Below, in pieces: positions 12,701-24,700 of a DNA stretch of 64,000 nt. The stretch comes from Balanoglossus misakiensis (taxonomy: Eukaryota; Animalia; Hemichordata). Under the pieces are notes generated by a model. The model was not told the DNA's origin, did no database searches, and saw nothing but the letters and a program-made list of their open reading frames with translations. The stretch spans positions 7,766,468-7,830,467 of the forward strand of contig CM082596.2 of NCBI GenBank assembly GCA_040954595.2, in the 5' to 3' direction. Each line of letters starts with the position of its first letter. Positions within the stretch are counted from its first letter, which is position 1. The position numbers and the translations under genes were made by a program.

Positions 12701-15700
12701 TTACACGACTTTTTATTTTTCACTTTTTTCTGGCTCTCGCGTATTTTGCAAAAATTTATTGCTCACGAAAATAACCCAGTATTTCTTTCAAGCAGACCAT
12801 GATTATCTTAAAGTCAGCCAAAAGAGGAATTAAAGCAAATTCATTCATTTCCACACTGTTCTTGCTGACAGGTGACATCACTCGCAAGGGATACGAAAAG
12901 AAGAAAGCCAAGTTGTTGGCACCATTCTTCATGCAGCAGCAGAACAAACAACAACAACAAGCTAAACAAAATAAGCCACAAACTACGCCACCCCAGCAAC
13001 AACGTAAACAACAACAATCACAGCACAAAGAGGTTCAGCCAAAACAGAAAGGTACAGGTAAGTTTGGTCATCGGGGTTTATGAGTGATTGGCGGACGTGT
13101 CTTCTTGAGTATTACTGCTGAGCTTGAAGCTCAGTCACTCTGGCCAAGCAAGTGGTAGTGCTACAGAGACATGCAGCAATGAGGGGGAGGGGGGGGGGGT
13201 TACATATTGGAAGGGATTGAGAGAAAAGTTGGGTGAGGGAGGCAGTATTCACAGCTGACAGGTTAGTGCCTACAATTCGCTGTCTTGTCGGCTGCTGGCT
13301 GCTTTCTTCATCCCTGTCATCTGATGGGGTCACTTTGACCTATATAAGTAAGTGTACTGCAGCTGTTCGGGTAAAACAGTAACAAGTGCAGAGATGTGAC
13401 GCAGCTATATCCTGGAAGGAGTACATGTACATGCAGTAAGAGGCTGTCAATCATAAAATCTAACACATGCAATACTCAAAACCTTTGTAGACTTTCTGAG
13501 CCCCACAATCTCTGAGTCTATCAAGTGAACCTTTTTTACTGTGGCGTTTATTACTTGATACCCATCGCATTCATTCATGCAAATTCTGATTCACAAAAAA
13601 ATGAAATGGGGTTTGACCTCCTAACTACACTGGACAAAGGAATTGTGGTTTTGCATGTGTTGTATTTTTATGAACATATATGCCCCATACTGACATGGTC
13701 ACATAGTTGAAAAAGCAGTGCAGAGAGTCAATAAGTGAAATCATTACATTATTTTTATTTTCTGCACATACACACATCAACGCACACAATTGTGTGCAGA
13801 CGGACAAACAATAGTTCTTTACAGTAAATTTTATCATGCAACAATACAGCTAAAAGAACCATTATCTTTCCAAGTTCACTCATTCTCAATTCCAAGTACA
13901 TGTACCATATATCATAAATACTAAAACAGTACGTATAAGATATTTTGAGGCAGGGTCATTTTGCTGCTATTTTAAGAACAGAACTGTAGTTTCCTTACAT
14001 ATGTACATTTACATATATGCAAATTAAATTTAAAACGTATCCGGCCTTTGAATTGGGTATTTATGTCAAATAGGGAATGCCAGCCAGTTACAAAAGACTT
14101 GTCTTTGTCTCTGCGACAGCTGTTCATCTGATCAGCATACTTTCTGACTGATTTAATTGAATTCCCAGTAACTGGCTAACTTTGCATATTACTGTCATTT
14201 TGTGTGTGATCTCCTTTGGTGGCCATGTTCCAAGGTCTTTATGTTGTCTGCATTGTGCACTTGGGAGTCTGTATTTGAATACAATAGTCACTGTAATCAT
14301 ACAAAAGTGGTGAGCACTCTTTGCTCTGTTCTGTTTGTTTTGAAATTTATTCAGCGATTGTGTTCACATGGGACTGTTCATGTCTGCTCGCAGTCAGGGT
14401 AGAATTAGGTTTTTGATTCAAAATAATGAATATTGGACATGTCCTGTTGTACCGGGTTCGGGCTAGGTTGGTCCCTGTGTACGGTTAAGGACGGGATGAA
14501 AATATGAGTGTGAATTTTTCCAGCCAATCCCGGTCCTTGTCAGCAGTCACTGTTGATTTGGGGGCAGTGCACATGTAATGTATAAAGGCAATTTTGCCAA
14601 AAATTGTGCCAGTCCTTGGCCAGTCACTGACTTACATTATGTGAGTGTGTAGTCTATCCCTTGTAGAGGAATATTTTAGGCATATAGCCCTGTTGACTAT
14701 GATATTGTGTGAAGACCCATAAATCACTGACATACAAAACAAAAAACGCCCAGTTACATTCAAAGATGATGAGAACATCTCATTTTCTGCTATCTAAAAA
14801 AAACAACTTTTGAAGCACAAATTAAATGTTTGAATAACTTGTGCAGTACATCATCAGATTTATCATGACATGCTAAAACAATAGGTGTGATATCTTTGTA
14901 TATTTATGCACTATATATCAGCGATATCGTTTGTTCTCATAGTTAAAATGTTATTAAAATTGACAGGCAATAATTGAAATATGTGGCCATAAGTGGATGA
15001 CTACATGTACATGGTATATCAGTTATCTTGATGGACTGTTGGCCTAACCCCCCATTATCACCCAACCCAGTCATGCATTCCGCCATCAGTGAGCCGTAGA
15101 ATGCTGGACAGTTCCACACTGTGGTTGTGTAGGGTCGCTGAGGTTCATGTGTCTGGAATGTACTGAGGGGAGAGTTACATGTATTATAGTTCATGCCTTT
15201 TTTTTTCTGTTGAGACATGCATGTACCTATATGGGTAGACGGAAGTAGGTCTGTGTTTTGGTTTAGTGAGCATAGTGTAGGTGGGCAGCTTGAATCGTCT
15301 TGGCAGGATAAATTGTTTGTGACAGTTTGTCATATTTACATTTACGCGAACATTCAGAGGTACTGTAAACACTTTATTTTCGCGAGCAATAAATTTTTCG
15401 CGAAATACGCGAGACCCAAATTAGCATGAAAATAAAAAGTCGCGTAAATTTTTTTTGAAGATATTACGATGCAGTGAATGAAATAAGAGAACGCGAAAAT
15501 TAATCCTCGCCTCTCTCGATATCGCAAAAATTTTAACTCGCAAAAAAAAGTGTTTTACAGTATGTTGTACTTATGTATAAAGTCTTTCTTGCGACTTTTA
15601 TTATCTGTCTTTTTCACATTTTGTAGTCTGTATTGCGATATTGTTGAGCAGTTATACATTGCAGGCAGTGGACATGCGCCACCATGCTGATCGAAAGGCA

Positions 15701-18700
15701 CCCATTGCAGTCTACGACTACAGCGTACATGTACGCCCGTCCTAGACTTGACCTCCCATAAAGGCTACAACACTAGGAATCGCAGCTGTGACCTTAAAGA
15801 CAGGCTACATGTGTTTTTCCCATTTCCAAAACCGGGCAATTTGTCCCGATCTGACTTTGATTTGAAAAAAAAAAGAGTACAGTTTCACATGCCATTGGCG
15901 TGAATGGATGTGCGTGTGTTCAGAGTTTACCACAAGAAATGAACAGTGGATGAGGTCATTGGGGGCTGAATCATCCAGGCAGACAGGGTGGATGCAATTT
16001 CTCTAATTCAGTGTTTGTTTCATTGTTATGGATTACTTGAGTCTGCCCTAAGTGCGACTGATATAGCCTCATCTCTCGTTCGTTCGTTCGTTTGTTCGTT
16101 CGTCCCCGCCAGAGCCAAATACCACAGCCATGACATCCATTAAACAAGGTTAGTTCTCGGTTGTGTTACAAAATTTACTCCCAGAAATTGCAGGCATCGT
16201 TGAGAGTGTTCTAATCCCTGTTTATGATGTACGGAAATGAGAGGAGCTGTTGTGTATTCCCGTTGCATCAGAATTGGCTTTATATCACGATGGGGCAGAG
16301 TGTGACAAGACATATAAAAATGTTTGGTCTGTTACTCACACATGTAGTATTGTACATGTTCTCAACGCAGACAGACATGTATGATGCACTGTAATCTTTA
16401 GACTGATGACATCATAAGGCATGCTACTAAAATTTTTATTTCAAGTCACATGATACTGGTTGTATTGGAACTCCTTGTAATCAGCATTATTTTTATGGTG
16501 ATGCCTGATGGAATTTGAGGGACCGACTTCTAGCCTGTCGTGGCGTTGGGTTTGATTGATGTATATGACTTGTGTCTGTATCAGATTCAAGAGAGTATTT
16601 TGGTGGTTTGTTTATGTGAACTTGTTTGAGTCACTGGCTTTGACAAGTCTACGCAGAGACTGTGGTGTTTTGAAGTCTGAAATTTTATGACATTGGAAGG
16701 TTGTGGCACTTCCGTCTTTGTGTGAAACGCCCAACATTGTGGAGTGTGGTTATTGTTCTTTGACTCCATTTTCATGGGGGAGAGATCAAAGGCTCGTCAT
16801 GGCTATCAAGTTCATGCCTTTCAGAAGTTCGGCAAATATTGTATCAAAGAAGAAAGGAATGTGGCATTGAGGTCAAAGAAATCCTAGTCGATTGTTGTCT
16901 TTCAGCGGTGCAGTCGAGAAGTCAAAAGTTGTGACGTCTTCGAGAGAACGGTCTGTGTTACATCAGCTGTCTGAAGAAACAATAAAGATGCAGAGTTTCG
17001 GTAGACGAACCAAAACCGTGTAAAGACGTCGGAAGGCACCTTGCTCTCATCTGGCCGATTAACTTCTCTTTTGTTGGAGTTCTACTTTTAACCTTTTGAC
17101 CTCACCAAGAAACAACAGAGGGACACTTTCCACATAATGGAGGGTGGAGTTGGTAATGGGTTTAATGTCCGTCGGACAAAAGGGATAGGGCTGTGGGTGT
17201 ACACTGTAAATGCTCAGCACATCACCTCTAAAAATAAAGTATAGTAAGTTGCGTTTTGTCTGGGTAAACAGGCTTGTGGTGTCTTTCGTGTATCGAAGCT
17301 ATCCGTAGTAATTTTTTTGCTGGTAAAGAATGCCTAAGAAATCAAAGCAGTGATGTACATGTATTCACTGGGTATTTCCAGCTGACTTCAAAGTCAGCTG
17401 ATGGGAAATTCCGGCCGCAGGGAATAGTGGTCAAGGAAAAGTGGAGTTGTCATCACATGTCCTGGATAAGGAGAGAGCAGAGATTGTATCGTTTAATTGA
17501 CTTTGTCAAATACAGTCCAGGGGATCAAGTTATAAACTTCTGTAACCATAACGATTGTGGCATTTATCTCAGTTTTTGACTCAAGCAATCTTACATTGTA
17601 TAAGCCAGTTCTCTGAGAGAACGCAGACATTTCACACATGCTACCCTTCCGAGGCATTCCATCACATTTTATCCAGCTGATTTTACCATCCAGTTGGTCA
17701 TCATAAACTTAAAACAGGGATGAAATCATACGTCTCCAAGTACTTCCCACAAAGAAGGACTGATACAGTATTTTACTGACATGGTACAAGCAAAAGAAAA
17801 ACTATCAGAGATCTATATATACTCAGAGAGAAAGGCAATGCAACAGAGATTGCTTGCAAAGGGATACGTACATGTACATAAAGAAAGGCCAGTTTTGTAT
17901 TGAACCCAGATGACCCAGTGTTTACTCTTCCTTCCAGTACAAATCTGTGGTTGAATAGAGCCACAATGAGCTTTCGGAAACTGTGTGTTGAACTCGACAT
18001 CTACTGGTTAACTTTACTAACATCCTCTGAATACAGTGCAGGCAAATATACACAAGCGTTGGAGGATTGGGCAATTCTACATGTACACTCTCTCACACCC
18101 CTTGTTTGCTGTGATCTGGTTTCCTGCTGCTCACGGAAGCCCCCCCCACCCCCTGGTATGGTCCTGACAGAACCAGAACAGCATTGTGAAGCAAAACAGG
18201 CCATCATTTGGGCTGGCTTGTCCAGCTAGCTGAGCTTGTCTTGGAAAGGTGTTTCAGTAGCCAGTGGGTTGGAGTGGGCTATCTACATTGTCTATATCCG
18301 TGTAGTACATGTACCTTGAGATGTCAAATTCAATTTGTGTCTGTGCATTATAATGAATTGCTGAGCTGTTTTGCCAGTTGTAATTGGTCACTCATCACGT
18401 GGACACAGTCAACATGTACTCACTGCTAACCATCTGTTACTGATTCCATATTATTTTCTAGAACTAATTTGCATCGGTTATGTATGACTCACTGTTTTAT
18501 TAATAAGTTCTAATTGTTTTCATTAAATGAAGGCCTACTGGGTACTGATCCTAGAATTTCTATCGGGACGCTGATACTGAAGATTCTGGCTGATAGACTG
18601 TGTCCCAAAATATGAAATCCATAAGTAAAATTCACGCTTTATAACTTATAAGAACAGTGTACTGTGGCAACTAGCCAGTTGGACCAACAAGCATTGACTA

Positions 18701-21700
18701 GCTGTGTGCTACTGCTAGCTCATAAAAAAACCCTGGGCTAGCTCCAGGTGATGCTATACAAGTTGGGAAAAACTTCCATCCCGTTTGTAGGATATGTAAA
18801 AACTTGCCGAAAATGAATAAACGGTATAGAGACCGATTATTCATTGTGGCGAGTTTTTTCACTCTCGTGTCTGCAAGTGGGATGGAAGTTTTGTGTGGTT
18901 GAATGTTGATTCACTACATATATCCACAATGACATGTACATTAAAAAAATTTAACGGTGTCTTTTATCAAACATAATTAATGGAAAAAGGGCAGCGAGAG
19001 AGAGAGACTTTGTCCCTTTAAGCCCTGCTGTGCCAGGATTACTGGAAAATGAAGACGCGTGGATATGTTGAAATAAGGAAATGATACATCAATAGGACAT
19101 CGGAATTAAAAACCATTTTCCTGTTTAAAGCACAGGGTATGGCTACTTCGGTCTAGTAAGCAGCAGCATTGTGACTGAAACAGTCAATGTTATTCATGTG
19201 ATGCAAATCTATTTTTATCACCATCCTTTCAGACATAAAAACTGCAAATGTGTTAGTTGTGGTTAAATATGCTTAAAGATTTCTTTTGCATAAGACCATC
19301 ATGTCTGTTGAGTTCTATTTTTGTCTTTCTACACACGTGTCCCGTGCATGTGCTGTGATGTGTCTCGTGAATATTCTTTAGGAATTGCTTAGTCACTGCC
19401 CGTAATACAATCGGCGTCTGCAAGCTGGTCCTGCACTATGAATTTCAATGATACCGTAGACGAGAAAACTGCATTTGTACAATAGATTTTCACTGGTCAG
19501 ATGCAGACAGTGACTGCGATCAAGTTGCAAGTCCAGACACATCTGTTCTCATTCTTGATATTCCCTCTGCGGGGAAGTAAAAAAAAACACTTCCCCGCAG
19601 TACAGAATAAATGAAAATAGACCGAATTTTCAAGGGTTTAAAATTTGATGAGAATTTCATCTTGTCGGATTGACAGATTGTAGTTAGTTGACCCTGTTAT
19701 GGTTCAGACATGCAGCGAAATCCACTTCATGGCCGAGTTGAGTTTCGGCCGGCTTGAGAGATGTACACACGTGTGCATAGTGCGAACGATTTGGCGTGTG
19801 GACAAGCGTTCGAGATGCGCATGTACATGTACATACATATCATGTGGTTAAAGTAAAGATGTTTGTTCAAGGGAGTTACCATAATATATCAATACATTCT
19901 TCCCTGAATATTACCTGAAAAGGGTTGGACAAATCCCTGGTTTTCATAACAAATAAATTTTGATTGTTGAAAAAAAATATATTTCCACAAAGGATACAAC
20001 TTCTGGAATGCATTGAAGAAGGATCATTTTTGAAAGTAATGCGGCAAATTTTTAAACACCTTAACAGTCGGAACAACAGACTACCTGTTCTTGGTCTAAA
20101 AAAGACATAAATCACAGAGTGGTGATTTGGAATATGTCTGTCTAGAAATTAGCGGTCAGATTTTCAAATTGGGCATATAACACCCAGACTATTATCAACT
20201 GCATGTGGGTTAGTGGGTTTCCAAAGAATAGCGTCCCAGGTAATGTGGATCATTGATGAAGGAAGTGACGCATATCGCACAGAATGCAGCAGTATAGAGT
20301 TTAGTCAATGGGGCTGAACACTAATGCAGCGAGACAGAATTTGCGTGTGATGTCTTTTGAGAATTCGGGAAACACCGAAGCTACCGTGTACATGTGAGTG
20401 AATAAAATGTTGCTATGCTGAAGACCGACCACATACATACGTGTCGTTTTGTTTGTTACTGAGAGGCAGATGTCTTGTGCATTATTGATACATGAAGCTC
20501 TAGATGATTCAGATGTGAGCAGTTTCAATTAACCTGTCTGAACTCATCGTCGCGTCTCAAGACATCTCTTCTGCGGCACCTTTCTTTCCTCGTAAAATTA
20601 GTTTGGTCCCAGCGGTGAGGGTTACTGGCAGATGAACCCAAATCGGAAAAAATAAGAAGTACATTAGCTGATCTGAACAAAACAAATGAATGATGTGATC
20701 CTACTTGTGGTGGCTGAGATGTCGTTATACAGATTTGATAACAGCAGAGGATATCGGTTTGGTTGTTTCTAGGTAATGATTTCGTGAGAAGGCAGAAGTG
20801 TTGCGATTATTGTTCGTTGTTATCGGGGACTGGAAAATTAACACACAGCCGGTCTGCAGCTAATAATAGAGACCAGAAGTGGGAAGACTGCCCCTGTACA
20901 GGAAACAGAAACTTAACCTTATCAGCTCTTGAATGGCATACTGTAAAACGGGTTATTTTCGCGACAGGAAATTTTTCGCGATATCAAAGGAGGCAACTGT
21001 TACGCGAGGATTAATTTTCACGTTCTTGTATTTCACTAACTGCATCGTTATCTCTGAACAACACTTTACGCGACTTTTTATTTTCACTTGGCTCTCGCGT
21101 ATTTCGCGGAAATTTACTGCTCGCGAAAATAACCTGTTTTACAGTATTGACCAGAAGTGCGTTGTGGTGTGCTGATCTGTGTCGCTTTTCTGCTGCCATG
21201 CGATAACCAGGTTTTCAAGAAAATCAGAGTTGGGTTTCGGTGGTGGTGTTGGATTTGAAGGGTTTTTCATCGATTGATAGGTGTAACAAAACAGGGCTCA
21301 CAATTGCTGCGATAGGTGTGTCAACACAGGACGGGACTCGAACACAGCTCGGGTGACCAAATGCTCTTATTGGTCGTATTTGGGGTATCGCTCTCGCAAA
21401 GAGCTGTGTAAACAACAGTGGAAAAGGGTATCTCGGGTGTCAAGGTGTTTTGCCATCCGAGAATGGCAGTTAGATATGTCACCAAGGTTCCCCATACATG
21501 TACATGTACATGTACCAGTGTGTACTGCAGATAGAAGCAGACAAGGTTTATGAGTGCTGTTTGAGCAGGTGTTATTTTACAACTAATCGACCTTGGACTT
21601 TGCTAAGATTAGGTGGGGGGAGGAGGAGGAGTCTCCACCACCCCTCGTGAGTTCAAACATGGTGAGATTTATACAGCTGCTTTCAAAGACAGCCCTCGAC

Positions 21701-24700
21701 ACGACTTTTCTTGTAACTACAGGTGCTACAAGTACAACTTTACAGAGACCCTCTTCTGTGCAGTGTCTGTGTGCGTGTTGCTCTGGACATAGGGTCAGTG
21801 TGAAGATTCACAAGGTGTGTACTTATACAATGTATATAGGTTACGGTGTCCGTGCACCTGTTCTGCACCTTGTGTGAAGAGTTGTAGGGAGAATGGTGAG
21901 CTCCCTTGCCAGGTGTACGCAGAAAGCACACAAATCATTCCTGGAAACTTGTGACTGTGTGTCATAACATGTGGTGTATTGTACAGGGCTCCATCCCCTG
22001 GTTGACGCCCAGCTGAAGTGGTTTCTGAATCAGTGTTGGCAGCAGAAGAATTACTTCTGTCTTTCTTACAATGTACCACGGATTATGGTGACACATGGCC
22101 TGCAAATGTGTACCAGTGTGCCCTCTAAGCCCATTTGACGGGCCATGGACTCAACAAACTCACTGGTGACTCGAGAAAATTAGCCACACTACATGCAAAG
22201 GTATAGAGGATGACTCAGAGAATTGTTTTGGAAATCCTCAAATTGACTCGAAACTTTTAAAAATTACGTTTGTTTAAGAGTGCACATTGATGCCAAGCTC
22301 TAGTGAGCTCTTCTAGGTTAAGTACATGTATTCCTAGCCATACAACCAACCCCACGATAGGCCGTATAGTCTGACTCAGCTAATTGGATTTATTCATTCT
22401 TTGCCTTGAGGGCAGAAGACATCAGTATGCAGGGGTTCACATCTAAGAGGATCTTTGCTTGTACGTAGTGTTTGACAGCGAGGACCTGGGTAAATACAGG
22501 GGGTGTTTGAACGCAGGCGCCTTTGGGGTTTCTGGGAGACAGAAGTCAACGATGTCGCTGGAATTGTCTTCTTTTAGAAGCAGAAGTCTGGCTGTTCCGA
22601 TGTTGAGTCAGTACACCGACATTCCTCAAGTGACTAGCTCGGAGTAAGATAATATTCCCATTCCGCGATCACCGGGTAGTTGAGTGCGATTGGTAACTCA
22701 AGCATAGCTGCAGTTCCTCGCTTGTCTAGACTAACCAGAGCAGCTAGACAGGTTTGACTGCATGGTGTACATCCATCGTCTTCTCGCATGGGTCGTACAG
22801 CTTGACTACAGTTCAGCATAGATACCTTAGCAGGCGATGATGACGTTACAACATTGTGTGCAAGTGTGTTTCCCGAATAAGCCAACCAATCAAAGAAACT
22901 ATAATTACGTTCTGTTTTCTGAAATTATGTCAGCTTTACATTTCAGTCCTCTTGAGGGCGCTCTGCCATCCACCTGCACCCGACAAACTGGTAAAAATGG
23001 ACATTTAGCTCCTTTATGAAGGACTGAACCCGGCCAACTTGGTATGTCGTAGTGTGCCTCCTAGCAAGCATGATTTTGTGAAAAGCTCTGAATCAGTATG
23101 AGAACTTCTAGAAATTTTTTTGTTTCAACCGTATGCTTTTACACACAATAGGGATAGTTTTCTTGTCCCATCAGTGAGTTTGTTGAGTCAGTGGTGTATC
23201 ATATTGGCTTAGGGGCACACCGGTCTTGGGCAGATACTAATTTGTGTGAAATACATGTGCATGTAAGTGGTGGTTATTATAGTACATGTAGTAAAGATAA
23301 ACTTCACGTGGTGCCATTTGATGGAGGAAACATCTCAAGTAGAACGTGTGTTAAAGTAGAACTTGATGTTGTCAGCACTGGTCAAATGTGGAACACTTGT
23401 TACTACTGCATGTGGTAGCAATCATTGAAACCAAGTGAAGCATACATTTATGTATGGCATCCCCCCTGTTACATGTAGTCGTTTTGTTTTGACTTTTGGA
23501 GACCTACGTTAATCTGTTGACAACCTAGAATGGCTGGGCTGTCTTTCCCCATTAATCACTGTGATAGTCTATCTCTGTATTCCGGTACAGCAGCCCCAGT
23601 ATTCACACCACCTTGTGTGTCTTCTCCTATATGCAAACCCCTTTAGCTAAATGAAGCTAGACAGTTCTACAGTACAATATGGATGGCGACTTGGTGGAGC
23701 GGTGAAAACACCAAGAACAAACATCCTTCACATGGGCATTGAAATCTAATTCTGAATCCATAAAGATGTATCAGGTTTTAGCTGTCAGGATTAGTTTCAC
23801 ACCGGGCTGTAAATTACTGCGGATTCTAACCCGGTCCAAAAGGGAACATGAAGATGAAATTACTCAAATAGTGTGATGACTCCATAACATGTTATAGGAT
23901 TTGCGCATAGGGCAGTGTCACTGTCAGTAATTCACAGGGGTGTGAATAGTTCTGAATACACACACGCTTGGTTTATTCTGCAAGCTATCATCGCAAATGT
24001 TTATCATTCCTCGTTTGACCTTAGGTGACCCCGGCGTGACCTCATGTTGACCCGTTCAGTTTGTCACCAGGGCAGCCATAGAAACGAGCGGTGTGCGAGT
24101 AGGTTGTCGTTCGATCGGGATCTAACCGATGCACTTTGTAAAATTTCATGCGTTTCCCATCCAATCGACTGGTGCCTTCAAGAGCAGACTGATCTGGAGT
24201 TTACATGTATTTGTGTCAATAATAAACACTCAGTGAAAAGTGTTATGCTCTACCCAGAATACTTTTCAGCGAATCATTTGCAGGTCAGAGGTAAAGCAGA
24301 ACGTGAAGGAAACCCTTGTAATATGTACGTGTACTCGGTGGGGCCAATTACTCCAATTATGGCTGCCTAGTTTCTGTGTACTTGTATCGGTGTTGGCATT
24401 TTTCCCCGCTCAGTTGGTCTCCAGGGTTTTGTCATCAAAGTTGGGTCGTGTACAGAACTTTGAAGGGATTCTATAACCCTGAGTTCATCAAGGGTTGCAT
24501 TTGTAGCTCAGGAAATACTTATTCCAGTAAAATTTAGGTCATGAAGTGAATTTGCATGGCATTTTTGATAAACTAGATCATGTGAAATTGTAAAAACTCA
24601 TGCAGCTATGATGAATAAAACTCCATTTGCTCTGATATGACATGTATACTGAAAAGAAAATCATATGTGATTTAACAAGGAACAGTACACATACATGAAT

